A DNA stretch of 64,000 nucleotides from Raillietiella orientalis (taxonomy: Eukaryota). The translations under genes were made by a program, and so were the position numbers. Where the stretch lies: contig JAYWIR010000100.1 of assembly GCA_036172245.1 (NCBI GenBank), positions 1 through 64,000 of the forward strand, given 5' to 3'. Below are positions 23,301 to 38,899 of the stretch, in pieces; positions within the stretch are counted from its first letter, which is position 1; each line of letters starts with the position of its first letter. The notes beneath the pieces were generated by a model that had not been told where the DNA came from, did no database searches, and saw only the letters and a program-made list of their open reading frames with translations.

Positions 23301-26300
23301 CGTGATGGGAACATATTTTCAAAAACACATGAAAAATATCTTCCGTTTTCGAAATACGATAAATCTCAAGGATTCTAATTTAGGGTGCAACATTGCTTTC
23401 CTTGACAATGAATAAAATTCCAAACTATTTATGCTTTTCCAAGCAAGCAAGAGACCACATGCTGCAACGCAATTGTTCTCAATTCACAATTTTTCAAAGC
23501 AAATGTATCCAGTATGTAGATGTATACTCTATTTAGGGACACGCATTTCGATAAGCTTTAAACAAAAAACGAAGCCTACTAAAGATGTGAATTTCCTCGA
23601 ATAAAGAAATTCCGTCCAGAATCATGAACAATATGGAGCAAGAGGAATAGTTTTCCTCTGTGCGCGGCATTGCTCCCTGCTTTGATCATCTTGAACTGGA
23701 TCCGTTATGAAGTGCTGAGGTGCCTACGTGAAGAGACAGAAGATGTCACTTCTAAGAATTCCAACCTTGCTACTACAATTTAGATTAGAGGTTACAGCAG
23801 TATGTAATTGTCACAAGCGTCGCGTTGAGCTTAGTGCAGAAGTTCCACATTTCGTTTCGATGTCAATTCGGCAATCAAAGCATCGCCAATGGTGTTGCTT
23901 TCTATAATGTTTTCCCAAATGATGTCGAGATTTTTATTGGAAAGCTCCGCATCATGCTTTTCATCCATAACAGAAATTGCTTTTCCTTGCACACCACTAA
24001 ACGTACACCTTGATTAGCATCATCTATGCATTTGCAAACCTGTTGTTTTGTCCTTCTCTAAGCACTCCTGAACCAAACAAACTCCGTATATCGTAGTTGT
24101 CATATGTGATCAGAAGTTGAAATGTTAATTTGCTTGCGAGGCTTTACAAATAACTCGACGCATTCCTCGTTTGTTAACGACGATTGAATTTATATTCCGG
24201 TGAGTATTGTGTACTGCTGCTTTGCATGAGAACAGCAAAAAAAGCGAACCCCTTATATGGACTTCTGGCCTTTTAGGACGCTCAAACTTAAACAGTTGAC
24301 ACGATATTCCAGTGTTTCAAAAAATCTATGGTTGCCACTTTGCTTTCTTTTGCATTGTCGTCATTGGCGATTTTCATGTGAGCGAATTATACTTGAAAGC
24401 CCTTTTGCTGAGTCAAACATATTTTCAAAAACACATGAAAAATATCTTCCGTTTGTGAAATGCGGTGAATCTCAATCATTGGTATCCTGTGTGGAACATT
24501 GTTTTCCTTGACAATGAATGAAATTTCAAACGATTCATACTTTTGCAATTAAGCAAGAGACCACAATCTGCAATAGAATTGTCCTCAATTCACAATTTCA
24601 CAAAGCAAAAGTATGCAGTATGCAGATGGAAGCCCTTTTGAGCAACACGCATTTCGACGGACCTGCAAGAAAATACAAAGATGACTCAAGATGTCACTTT
24701 CCTCGAATGAACAAATTACGCTCACAATTCACCAACAATATGGAGGAAGAGGAATGGCTCTCCACTGTTTGCAGCATTGCTCCCTGCTTTGATCATCTTG
24801 AACAGAATCCGTTGTGAAGAGCTGAGATGCCTCTGTGAGTAGACATAAGAAAACTCTTCTTAAAATCCCAACCTTTCTATTACAATTTAGTTTAGAGGTT
24901 TCAGCAGTATGCAATTGTCACAATCGTCGCGTTGAGGTGAGTGCACCAGTTGCACACTTCGTTTCGATGTCAAGTCGGAAGCCGCAGCATCGCCAATTGT
25001 GGTCCCTTCTATTATCCGTTTCTTGAATAATATCGGGATTTTTTTTTGTAATGCTCTGCTTCATGCCTTTCATCCAAAACAGAAATTCCTTTCCTCTGCA
25101 CACCACTAAACGTACAATTGGAAATAGCTTCATCTATTGATTTCCAAACCAGTTGTTTTGTCCTTCTCTGAGCATTCGTGAACCTAACAAACTCCGTATA
25201 TCGCAGTTGTCACATGTGACCCGAAGTTGAAATGTTAAAATGCTTGCAAGTGTTTGCAAATAACCTTACGGATTCTTCCATCGTTGATGCCGATTGAGGT
25301 TATATTCCAGTGAGTATTGTGTACAGTTTTTTGAATGAGAACTGCAAAAGATACGGAGCCCCTATATTCTCATTTCGATTAATCAGACGCACCCACTCGA
25401 ACTGTTGACGTGTTATTCCAGTGTTTAGAAATCTCTGGTTTTCACTTTCCTCTCTATTCCATTGTCAAAATACGCGATTTTCTTGTAAATGAATTATACG
25501 CGGAAGCCCTTCTGCGATGGGAACATATTTTCAAAAACACATGAAAAATATCTTCCGTTTTCGAAACACGATGAATTTCAAGGATTCTCCTTTGGTGTGC
25601 AACATTGGTTTCCTTGACAATGAATAAAATTCCAAACTATTTATGCTTTTACAAGCAAGCAAGAGACCACATGCTGCAACGCAATTGTTCTCAATTCACA
25701 ATTTTTCAAAGCAAATGTATCCAGTATGTAGATGTATACTCTATTTAGGGACACGCATTTCGATAAGCTTTAAACAAAAAACGAAGCCTACTAAAGATGT
25801 GAATTTCCTCGAATAAAGAAATTCCGTCCAGAATCATGAACAATATGGAGCAAGAGGAATAGTTTTCCTCTGTTCGCAGCATTGCTCCCTGCTTTGATCA
25901 TCTTGAACTGGATCCGTTATGAAGTGCTCAGGTGCCTACGTGAAGAGACAGAAGATGTCACTTCTAAGAATTCCAACCTTGCTACTACAATTTAGATTAG
26001 AGGTTACAGCAGTATGTAATTGTCACAAGCGTCGCGTTGAGCTTAGTGCAGAAGTTCCACATTTCGTTTCGATGTCAATTCGGCAATCAAAGCATCGCCA
26101 ATGGTGTTGCTTTCTATAATGTTTTCCCAAATGATGTCGAGATTTTTATTGGAAAGCTCCGCATCATGCTTTTCATCCATAACAGAAATTGCTTTTCCTT
26201 GCACACCACTAAACGTACACCTTGATTAGCATCATCTATGCATTTGCAAACCTGTTGTTTTGTCCTTCTCTAAGCACTCCTGAACCAAACAAACTCCGTA
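2327..26300. repeat. 9-mer higher-order repeat, period 9944 bp (~2.4 copies), with internal 2212-bp and 3310-bp duplications
   Basis: The ORF track recurs at exactly +9944 (2562/12506/22450; 4369/14313/24257; 6508/16452; 12101/22045). Internal offsets are 2212 (2629/4841) and 3310 (6508/9818). Confidence 0.95.
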
Positions 26301-29300
26301 TATCGTAGTTGTCATATGTGATCAGAAGTTGAAATGTTAATTTGCTTGCGAGGCTTTACAAATAACTCGACGCATTCCTCGTTTGTTAACGACGATTGAA
26401 TTTATATTCCGGTGAGTATTGTGTACTGCTGCTTTGCATGAGAACAGCAAAAAAAGCGAACCCCTTATATGGACTTCTGGCCTTTTAGGACGCTCAAACT
26501 TAAACAGTTGACACGATATTCCAGTGTTTCAAAAAATCTATGGTTGCCACTTTGCTTTCTTTTGCATTGTCGTCATTGGCGATTTTCATGTGAGCGAATT
26601 ATACTTGAAAGCCCTTTTGCTGAGTCAAACATATTTTCAAAAACACATGAAAAATATCTTCCGTTTGTGAAATGCGGTGAATCTCAATCATTGGTATCCT
26701 GTGTGGAACATTGTTTTCCTTGACAATGAATGAAATTTCAAACGATTCATACTTTTGCAATTAAGCAAGAGACCACAATCTGCAATAGAATTGTCCTCAA
26801 TTCACAATTTCACAAAGCAAAAGTATGCAGTATGCAGATGGATACTCTTTTGAGCAACACGCATTTCGATGAATTAGCAACAAAAAAGAAAGCTGAATAA
26901 ATATGTCAATTTCCTCGAATGAACAAATTCCGCGCACAATTCACCAACAATATGGAGGAAGAGGAATGGCTCTCCACTGTTTGCAGCATTGCTCCCTGCT
27001 TTGATCATCTTGAACAGAATCCGTTGTGAAGAGCTGAGATGCCTCCGTGAGTAGACATAAGAAAACTCTTCTAAGAATCCCAACATTTCTATTACAATTT
27101 AGTTTAGAGGTTTCAGCAGTATGCAATTGTCACAATCGTCGCGTTGAGGTGAGTGCACCAGTTGCACACTTCGTTTCGATGTCAAGTCGGCACCCGCAGC
27201 ATCGCCAATTGTGGTCCCTTCTATTATCCGTTTCTTGAATAATATCGGGATTTTTTTTTGTAATGCTCTGCTTCATGCCTTTCATCCAAAACAGAAATTC
27301 CTTTCCTCTGCACACCACTAAACGTACAATTGGAAATAGCTTCATCTATTGATTTCCAAACCAGTTGTTTTGTCCTTCTCTGAGCATTCGTGAACCTAAC
27401 AAACTCCGTATATCGCAGTTGTCACATGTGACCCGAAGTTGAAATGTTAAAATGCTTGCAAGTGTTTGCAAATAACCTTACGGATTCTTCCATCGTTGAT
27501 GCCGATTGAGGTTATATTCCAGTGAGTATTGTGTACAGTTTTTTGAATGAGAACTGCAAAAGATACGGAGCCCCTATATTCTCATTTCGATTAATCAGAC
27601 GCACCCACTCGAACTGTTGACGTGTTATTCCAGTGTTTAGAAATCTCTGGTTTTCACTTTCCTCTCTATTCCATTGTCAAAATACGCGATTTTCTTGTAA
27701 ATGAATTATACGCGGAAGCCCTTCCGTGATGGGAACATATTTTCAAAAACACATGAAAAATATCTTCCGTTTTCGAAATACGATAAATCTCAAGGATTCT
27801 AATTTAGGGTGCAACATTGCTTTCCTTGACAATGAATAAAATTCCAAACTATTTATGCTTTTCCAAGCAAGCAAGAGACCACATGCTGCAACGCAATTGT
27901 TCTCAATTCACAATTTTTCAAAGCAAATGTATCCAGTATGTAGATGTATACTCTATTTAGGGACACGCATTTCGATAAGCTTTAAACAAAAAACGAAGCC
28001 TACTAAAGATGTGAATTTCCTCGAATAAAGAAATTCCGTCCAGAATCATGAACAATATGGAGCAAGAGGAATAGTTTTCCTCTGTGCGCAGCATTGCTCC
28101 CTGCTTTGATCATCTTGAACTGGATCCGTTATGAAGTGCTGAGGTGCCTACGTGAAGAGACAGAAGATGTCACTTCTAAGAATTCCAACCTTGCTACTAC
28201 AATTTAGATTAGAGGTTACAGCAGTATGTAATTGTCACAAGCGTCGCGTTGAGCTTAGTGCAGAAGTTCCACATTTCGTTTCGATGTCAATTCGGCAATC
28301 AAAGCATCGCCAATGGTGTTGCTTTCTATAATGTTTTCCCAAATGATGTCGAGATTTTTATTGGAAAGCTCCGCATCATGCTTTTCATCCATAACAGAAA
28401 TTGCTTTTCCTTGCACACCACTAAACGTACACCTTGATTAGCATCATCTATGCATTTGCAAACCTGTTGTTTTGTCCTTCTCTAAGCACTCCTGAACCAA
28501 ACAAACTCCGTATATCGTAGTTGTCATATGTGATCAGAAGTTGAAATGTTAATTTGCTTGCGAGGCTTTACAAATAACTCGACGCATTCCTCGTTTGTTA
28601 ACGACGATTGAATTTATATTCCGGTGAGTATTGTGTACTGCTGCTTTGCATGAGAACAGCAAAAAAAGCGAACCCCTTATATGGACTTCTGGCCTTTTAG
28701 GACGCTCAAACTTAAACAGTTGACACGATATTCCAGTGTTTCAAAAAATCTATGGTTGCCACTTTGCTTTCTTTTGCATTGTCGTCATTGGCGATTTTCA
28801 TGTGAGCGAATTATACTTGAAAGCCCTTTTGCTGAGTCAAACATATTTTCAAAAACACATGAAAAATATCTTCCGTTTGTGAAATGCGGTGAATCTCAAT
28901 CATTGGTATCCTGTGTGGAACATTGTTTTCCTTGACAATGAATGAAATTTCAAACGATTCATACTTTTGCAATTAAGCAAGAGACCACAATCTGCAATAG
29001 AATTGTCCTCAATTCACAATTTCACAAAGCAAAAGTATGCAGTATGCAGATGGAAGCCCTTTTGAGCAACACGCATTTCGACGGACCTGCAAGAAAATAC
29101 AAAGATGACTCAAGATGTCACTTTCCTCGAATGAACAAATTACGCTCACAATTCACCAACAATATGGAGGAAGAGGAATGGCTCTCCACTGTTTGCAGCA
29201 TTGCTCCCTGCTTTGATCATCTTGAACAGAATCCGTTGTGAAGAGCTGAGATGCCTCTGTGAGTAGACATAAGAAAACTCTTCTTAAAATCCCAACCTTT

Positions 29301-32300
29301 CTATTACAATTTAGTTTAGAGGTTTCAGCAGTATGCAATTGTCACAATCGTCGCGTTGAGGTGAGTGCACCAGTTGCACACTTCGTTTCGATGTCAAGTC
29401 GGAAGCCGCAGCATCGCCAATTGTGGTCCCTTCTATTATCCGTTTCTTGAATAATATCGGGATTTTTTTTTGTAATGCTCTGCTTCATGCCTTTCATCCA
29501 AAACAGAAATTCCTTTCCTCTGCACACCACTAAACGTACAATTGGAAATAGCTTCATCTATTGATTTCCAAACCAGTTGTTTTGTCCTTCTCTGAGCATT
29601 CGTGAACCTAACAAACTCCGTATATCGCAGTTGTCACATGTGACCCGAAGTTGAAATGTTAAAATGCTTGCAAGTGTTTGCAAATAACCTTACGGATTCT
29701 TCCATCGTTGATGCCGATTGAGGTTATATTCCAGTGAGTATTGTGTACAGTTTTTTGAATGAGAACTGCAAAAGATACGGAGCCCCTATATTCTCATTTC
29801 GATTAATCAGACGCACCCACTCGAACTGTTGACGTGTTATTCCAGTGTTTAGAAATCTCTGGTTTTCACTTTCCTCTCTATTCCATTGTCAAAATACGCG
29901 ATTTTCTTGTAAATGAATTATACGCGGAAGCCCTTCTGCGATGGGAACATATTTTCAAAAACACATGAAAAATATCTTCCGTTTTCGAAACACGATGAAT
30001 TTCAAGGATTCTCCTTTGGTGTGCAACATTGGTTTCCTTGACAATGAATAAAATTCCAAACTATTTATGCTTTTACAAGCAAGCAAGAGACCACATGCTG
30101 CAACGCAATTGTTCTCAATTCACAATTTTTCAAAGCAAATGTATCCAGTATGTAGATGTATACTCTATTTAGGGACACGCATTTCGATAAGCTTTAAACA
30201 AAAAACGAAGCCTACTAAAGATGTGAATTTCCTCGAATAAAGAAATTCCGTCCAGAATCATGAACAATATGGAGCAAGAGGAATAGTTTTCCTCTGTGCG
30301 CAGCATTGCTCCCTGCTTTGATCATCTTGAACTGGATCCGTTATGAAGTGCTGAGGTGCCTACGTGAAGAGACAGAAGATGTCACTTCTAAGAATTCCAA
30401 CCTTGCTACTACAATTTAGATTAGAGGTTACAGCAGTATGTAATTGTCACAAGCGTCGCGTTGAGCTTAGTGCAGAAGTTCCACATTTCGTTTCGATGTC
30501 AATTCGGCAATCAAAGCATCGCCAATGGTGTTGCTTTCTATAATGTTTTCCCAAATGATGTCGAGATTTTTATTGGAAAGCTCTGCATCATGCTTTTCAT
30601 CCATAACAGAAATTGCTTTTCCTTGCACACCACTAAACGTACACCTTGATTAGCATCATCTATGCATTTGCAAACCTGTTGTTTTGTCCTTCTCTAAGCA
30701 CTCCTGAACCAAACAAACTCCGTATATCGTAGTTGTCATATGTGATCAGAAGTTGAAATGTTAATTTGCTTGCGAGGCTTTACAAATAACTCGACGCATT
30801 CCTCGTTTGTTAACGACGATTGAATTTATATTCCGGTGAGTATTGTGTACTGCTGCTTTGCATGAGAACAGCAAAAAAAGCGAACCCCTTATATGGACTT
30901 CTGGCCTTTTAGGACGCTCAAACTTAAACAGTTGACACGATATTCCAGTGTTTCAAAAAATCTATGGTTGCCACTTTGCTTTCTTTTGCATTGTCGTCAT
31001 TGGCGATTTTCATGTGAGCGAATTATACTTGAAAGCCCTTTTGCTGAGTCAAACATATTTTCAAAAACACATGAAAAATATCTTCCGTTTGTGAAATGCG
31101 GTGAATCTCAATCATTGGTATCCTGTGTGGAACATTGTTTTCCTTGACAATGAATGAAATTTCAAACGATTCATACTTTTGCAATTAAGCAAGAGACCAC
31201 AATCTGCAATAGAATTGTCCTCAATTCACAATTTCACAAAGCAAAAGTATGCAGTATGCAGATGGAAGCCCTTTTGAGCAACACGCATTTCGACGGACCT
31301 GCAAGAAAATACAAAGATGACTCAAGATGTCACTTTCCTCGAATGAACAAATTACGCTCACAATTCACCAACAATATGGAGGAAGAGGAATGGCTCTCCA
31401 CTGTTTGCAGCATTGCTCCCTGCTTTGATCATCTTGAACAGAATCCGTTGTGAAGAGCTGAGATGCCTCTGTGAGTAGACATAAGAAAACTCTTCTTAAA
31501 ATCCCAACCTTTCTATTACAATTTAGTTTAGAGGTTTCAGCAGTATGCAATTGTCACAATCGTCGCGTTGAGGTGAGTGCACCAGTTGCACACTTCGTTT
31601 CGATGTCAAGTCGGAAGCCGCAGCATCGCCAATTGTGGTCCCTTCTATTATCCGTTTCTTGAATAATATCGGGATTTTTTTTTGTAATGCTCTGCTTCAT
31701 GCCTTTCATCCAAAACAGAAATTCCTTTCCTCTGCACACCACTAAACGTACAATTGGAAATAGCTTCATCTATTGATTTCCAAACCAGTTGTTTTGTCCT
31801 TCTCTGAGCATTCGTGAACCTAACAAACTCCGTATATCGCAGTTGTCACATGTGACCCGAAGTTGAAATGTTAAAATGCTTGCAAGTGTTTGCAAATAAC
31901 CTTACGGATTCTTCCATCGTTGATGCCGATTGAGGTTATATTCCAGTGAGTATTGTGTACAGTTTTTTGAATGAGAACTGCAAAAGATACGGAGCCCCTA
32001 TATTCTCATTTCGATTAATCAGACGCACCCACTCGAACTGTTGACGTGTTATTCCAGTGTTTAGAAATCTCTGGTTTTCACTTTCCTCTCTATTCCATTG
32101 TCAAAATACGCGATTTTCTTGTAAATGAATTATACGCGGAAGCCCTTCTGCGATGGGAACATATTTTCAAAAACACATGAAAAATATCTTCCGTTTTCGA
32201 AACACGATGAATTTCAAGGATTCTCCTTTGGTGTGCAACATTGGTTTCCTTGACAATGAATAAAATTCCAAACTATTTATGCTTTTACAAGCAAGCAAGA

Positions 32301-35300
32301 GACCACATGCTGCAACGCAATTGTTCTCAATTCACAATTTTTCAAAGCAAATGTATCCAGTATGTAGATGTATACTCTATTTAGGGACACGCATTTCGAT
32401 AAGCTTTAAACAAAAAACGAAGCCTACTAAAGATGTGAATTTCCTCGAATAAAGAAATTCCGTCCAGAATCATGAACAATATGGAGCAAGAGGAATAGTT
32501 TTCCTCTGTTCGCAGCATTGCTCCCTGCTTTGATCATCTTGAACTGGATCCGTTATGAAGTGCTCAGGTGCCTACGTGAAGAGACAGAAGATGTCACTTC
32601 TAAGAATTCCAACCTTGCTACTACAATTTAGATTAGAGGTTACAGCAGTATGTAATTGTCACAAGCGTCGCGTTGAGCTTAGTGCAGAAGTTCCACATTT
32701 CGTTTCGATGTCAATTCGGCAATCAAAGCATCGCCAATGGTGTTGCTTTCTATAATGTTTTCCCAAATGATGTCGAGATTTTTATTGGAAAGCTCTGCAT
32801 CATGCTTTTCATCCATAACAGAAATTGCTTTTCCTTGCACACCACTAAACGTACACCTTGATTAGCATCATCTATGCATTTGCAAACCTGTTGTTTTGTC
32901 CTTCTCTAAGCACTCCTGAACCAAACAAACTCCGTATATCGTAGTTGTCATATGTGATCAGAAGTTGAAATGTTAATTTGCTTGCGAGGCTTTACAAATA
33001 ACTCGACGCATTCCTCGTATGTTAACGACGATTGAATTTATATTCCGGTGAGTATTGTGTACTGCTGCTTTGAATGAGAGCAGCAAGAAAAGCGAACCCC
33101 TTATATGGACTTCTGGCCTTCAAGGACGCTCAAACTTATACAGTTGACACGATATTCCAGTGTTTCAAAAAATCTATGGTTGCCACTTTGCTTTCTTTTG
33201 CATTGTCGGCGTTGGCGATTTTCATGTGAGCGAATTATACTTGAAAGCCCTTTTGACGAGTCAAACATATTTTCAAAAACACATGAAAAATATCTTCCGT
33301 TTGTGAAATACGGTGAATCTCAATGATTGGTATCCTGTGTGGAACATTGGATTCCTTGACAATGAATAAAATTTCAAACGATTCATACTTTTGCAATCAA
33401 GCAAGAGACCACAATCTGCAATACAATTGTCCTCAATTCACAATTTCACAAAGCAAAAGTATGCAGTATGCAGATGGATACTCTTTTGAGCAACACGCAT
33501 TTCGATAAATTAGCAACAAAAAAGAAAGCTGAATAAATATGTCAATTTCCTCGAATGAACAAATTCCGCGCACAACTCACCAACAATATGGAGGAAGAGG
33601 AATGGCTCTCCACTGTTTGCAGCATTGCTCCCTGCTTTGATCATCTTGAACAGAATCCGTTGTGAAGTGCTGAGATGCCTCCGTGAGTAGACATAAGAAA
33701 TCTCTTCTAAGAATCCCAACATTTCTATTACAATTTAGTTTAGAGGTTTCAGCAGTATGCAATTGTCACAATCGTCGCGTTGAGGTGAGTGCACCAGTTG
33801 CACACTTCGTTTCGATGTCAAGTCGGCACCCGCAGCATCGCCAATTGTGGTCCTTTCTATAATCCGTTTCTTGAATAATATCGGGATTTTTATTTGTAAT
33901 GCTCTGCTTCATGCTTTTCATGCAAAACAGAAATTCTTTTCCTCTGCACACAACTAAACGTACAAGTAGAAATAGCGTTATCTATTGATTTCCAAACCAG
34001 TTGGTTTGTCCTTCTCTGAGCATTCGTGAACCTAACAAACTCCGTATATCGCAGTTGTCACATGTGACCCGAAGTTGAAATGTTAAAATGCTTGCAAGTG
34101 TTTGCAAATAACCTTACGGATTCTTCCATCGTTGATGCCGATTGAGGTTATATTCCAGTGAGTATTGTGTACAGTTTTTTGAATGAGAACTGCAAAAGAT
34201 ACGGAGCCCCTATATTCTCATTTCGATTGGTCAGACGCACCCACTCGAACTTTTGACGTGTTATTCCAGTGTTTAGAAATCTCTGGTTTCCACTTTCCTC
34301 TCTTTTCCATTGTCGGCATACGCAATTTTCTTGTAAATGAATTATACCCGGAAGCCCTTCCGCGATGGGAACATATTTTCAAAAACACATGAAAAATATC
34401 TTCCGTTTTCGAAACACGATGAATTTCAAGGATTCTCCTTTGGTGTGCAACATTGGTTTCCTTGACAATGAATAAAATTCCAAACTATTTATGCTTTTAC
34501 AAGCAAGCAAGAGACCACATGCTGCAACGCAATTGTTCTCAATTCACAATTTTTCAAAGCAAATGTATCCAGTATGTAGATGTGTACTCTATTTAGGGAC
34601 ACGCATTTCGATAAGCTTTAAACAAAAAACGAAGCCTACTAAAGATGTGAATTTCCTCGAATAAAGAAATTCCGTCCAGAATCATGAACAATATGGAGCA
34701 AGAGGAATAGTTTTCCTCTGTTCGCAGCATTGCTCCCTGCTTTGATCATCTTGAACTGGATCCGTTATGAAGTGCTCAGGTGCCTACGTGAAGAGACAGA
34801 AGATGTCACTTCTAAGAATTCCAACCTTGCTACTACAATTTAGATTAGAGGTTACAGCAGTATGTAATTGTCTTAAGCGTCGCGTTGAGGTGTGTGCACC
34901 AGTTGCACACTTCGTTTCGATGTCAAGTCGGCACCCACAGCATCGCCAATTGTGGTCCCTTCTATAATCCGTTTCTTGAATAATATCGGAATTTTTTTTT
35001 GTAATGCTCTGCTTCATGCCTTTCATCCAAAACAGAAATTCCTTTCCTCTGCGCACCACTAAACGTACAATTAGAAATAGCATCATCTATTGATTTGTAA
35101 ACCTGTTGTTTTGTCCTTCTCTTAGCACTCCTGAACCAAACAAACTCCGTATATCGTAGTTGTCATATGTGATCAGAAGTTGAAATGTTAATTTGCTTGC
35201 GAGTCTTTACAAATAACTCGACGCATTCCTCGTTTGTTAACGACGATTGAATTTATATTCCGGTGAGTATTGTGTACTGCTGCTTTGAATGAGAGCAGCA

Positions 35301-37890
35301 AGAAAAGCGAACCCCTTATATGGACTTCTGGCCTTCAAGGACGCTCAAACTTATACAGTTGACACGATATTCCAGTGTTTCAAAAAATCTATGGTTGCCA
35401 CTTTGCTTTCTTTTGCATTGTCGGCTTTGGCGATTTTCATGTGAGCGAATTATACTTGAAAGCCCTTTTGCCGAGTCAAACATATTTTCAAAAACACATG
35501 AAAAATATCTTCCGTTTGTGAAATACGGTGAATCTCAATGATTGGTATCCTGTGTGGAACATTGGATTCCTTGACAATGAATAAAATTTCAAACGATTCA
35601 TACTTTTGCAATCAAGCAAGAGACCACAATCTGCAATACAATTGTCCTCAATTCACAATTTTACAAAGCAAAAGTATGCAGTATGCAGATTGATACTCTT
35701 TTGAGCAACACGCATTTCGATGAATTAGCAACAAAAAACAAAGCCAGATAAATATCTCAATTTCCTCGAATGAACAAATTCCGCGCACAATTCACCAACA
35801 ATATGGAGGAAGAGGAATGGCTCTCCACTGTTTGCAGCATTGCTCCCTGCTTTGATCATCTTGAACAGAATCCGTTGTGAAGAGCTGAGATGCCTCCGTG
35901 AGTAGACATAAGAAAACTCTTCTAAGAATCCCAACCTTTCTATTACAATTTAGCTTAGAGGTTTCAGCAGTATGCAATTGTCACAATCGTCTCGTTGAGG
36001 TGAGTGCACCAGTTGCACACTTCGTTTCGATGTCAAGTCGGCACCCGCAGCATCGCCAATTGTGGTCCCTTCTATAATCCGTTTCTTGAATAATATCGGG
36101 ATTTTTCTTTGTAATGCTCTGCTTCATGCTTTTCATGCAAAACAGAAATTCTTTTCCTCTGCACACAACTAAACGTACAAGTAGAAATAGCGTTATCTAT
36201 TGATTTGTAAACCTGTTGTTTTGTCCTTCTCTGAGGATTAGTGAACCTAACAAACTCCGTATATCGCAGTTGTCACATGTGACCCGAAGTTAAAATGTTA
36301 AAATGCTTGCAAGTGTTTGCAAATAACCTTACGGATTCTTCCATCGTTGATGCCGATTGAGGTTATATTCCAGTGAGTATTGTGTACAGTTTTTTGAATG
36401 AGAACTGCAAAAGATACGGAGCCCCTATATTCTCATTTCGATTGGTCAGACGCACCCACTCGAACTTTTGACGTGTTATTCCAGTGTTTAGAAATCTCTG
36501 GTTTCCACTTTCCTCTCTTTTCCATTGTCGGCATACGCAATTTTCTTGTAAATGAATTATACCCGGAAGCCCTTCCGCGATGGGAACATATTTTCAAAAA
36601 CACATGAAAAATATCTTCCGTTTTCGAAACACGATGAATTTCAAGGATTCTCCTTTGGTGTGCAACATTGGTTTCCTTGACAATGAATAAAATTCCAAAC
36701 TATTTATGCTTTTACAAGCAAGCAAGAGACCACATGCTGCAACGCAATTGTTCTCAATTCACAATTTTTCAAAGCAAATGTATCCAGTATGTAGATGTAT
36801 ACTCTATTTAGGGACACGCATTTCGATAAGCTTTAAACAAAAAACGAAGCCTACTAAAGATGTGAATTTCCTCGAATAAAGAAATTCCGTCGAAAATCAT
36901 GAACAATATGGAGCAAGAGGAATAGTTTTCCTCTGTTCGCAGCATTGCTCCCTGCTTTGATCATCTTGAACTGGATCCGTTATGAAGTGCTCAGGTGCCT
37001 ACGTGAAGAGACAGAAGATGTCACTTCTAAGAATTCCAACCTTGCTACTACAATTTAGATTAGAGGTTACAGCAGTATGTAATTGTCTTAAGCGTCGCGT
37101 TGAGGTGAGTGCACCAGTTGCACACTTCGTTTCGATGTCAAGTCGGCACCCACAGCATCGCCAATTGTGGTCCCTTCTATAATCCGTTTCTTGAATAATA
37201 TCGGAATTTTTTTTTGTAATGCTCTGCTTCATGCCTTTCATCCAAAACAGAAATTCCTTTCCTCTGCGCACCACTAAACGTACAATTAGAAATAGCATCA
37301 TCTATTGATTTGTAAACCTGTTGTTTTGTCATTCTCTTAGCACTCCTGAACCAAACAAACTCCGTATATCGTAGTTGTCATATGTGATCAGAAGTTGAAA
37401 TGTTAATTTGCTTGCGAGTCTTTACAAATAACTCGACGCATTCCTCGTTTGTTAACGACGATTGAATTTATATTCCGGTGAGTATTGTGTACTGCTGCTT
37501 TGAATGAGAGCAGCAAGAAAAGCGAACCCCTTATATGGACTTCTGGCCTTCAAGGACGCTCAAACTTATACAGTTGACACGATATTCCAGTGTTTCAAAA
37601 AATCTATGGTTGCCACTTTGCTTTCTTTTGCATTGTCGGCGTTGGCGATTTTCATGTGAGCGAATTATACTTGAAAGCCCTTTTGCCGAGTCAAACATAT
37701 TTTCAAAAACACATGAAAAATATCTTCCGTTTGTGAAATACGGTGAATCTCAATGATTGGTATCCTGTGTGGAACATTGGATTCCTTGACAATGAATAAA
37801 ATTTCAAACGATTCATACTTTTGCAATCAAGCAAGAGACCACAATCTGCAATACAATTGTCCTCAATTCACAATTTTACAAAGCAAAAGT
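22045..37890. repeat. Dimeric higher-order repeat, period 2212-2215 bp (~7 copies)
   Basis: The MDFWP... marker occurs at 22045, 24257, 26469, 28681, 30893, 33105 (+2212 each), then 35320 and 37535 (+2215). Confidence 0.95.
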
Positions 37891-38899
37891 ACGCAGTATG
37901 CAGATGGACGCCCTTTTGAGCAACACGAATTTCGACGGACCTGCAAGAAAAAACAAAGATGACTCAAGATGTCACTTTCCTCGAATGAACAAATTCCGTG
38001 CACAATTGATCAACAATATGGAGGAAGAGAAATGGCTCTCCACTGTTTCCAGCATTGCTCCCTGCTTTGATCACCTTGAACAGAATCCGTTGTGAAGTGC
38101 TGAGATGCCTCCGTGAGTAGACATAAGAGGTCTCTTCTAAGAATCCCAACCATTCTATTACAATTTAGCTTAGAGGTTTCAGCAGCATGCAATTGTCACA
38201 ATCGTCTCGTTGAGGTGAGTGCACCAGTTGCACACTTCGTTTCGATGTCAAGTCGGCACCCGCAGCATCGCCAATTGTGGTCCCTTCTATAATCCGTTTC
38301 TTGATTAATATCCGGATTTTTTTTTGTAATGCTCCGCTTCATGCCTTTCATCCAAAACAGAAATTCCTTTCCTCTGCACACCACTAAACGTACAATTGGA
38401 AATAGCATCATCTATTGATTTCCAAACCAGTTGTTTTGTCCTTCTCTGAGCATTCGTGAACCTAACAAACTCCGTATAGCGCAGTTGTCACATGTGACCC
38501 GAAGTTGAAATAATTAAATGCTTGCAAGTGATTGCAAATAACCCGAAGGATTCATCCATCGTTGATGCCGATTGAGGTTATATTCCAGTAAGTAATGTGT
38601 ACAGATTTTTGAATGAGAACTGCAAAAGATACGAAGCCCCTATATTCTCATTTCGATTGGTCAGACGCACCCACTCGAACTTTTGACGTGTTATTCCAGT
38701 GTTTAGAAATCTCTGGTTTCCACTTTCCTCTCTTTTCCATTGTCAGCATACGCGATTTTCTTGTAAATGAATTATACCCGGAAGCCCTTCCGCGATGGGA
38801 ACATATTTTCAAAAACACATGAGAAATATCTTCCGTTTTCGAAATACGATGAATCTCAAGGATTCTCCTTTGGTGTGCAACATTGGTTTCCTTGACAAT

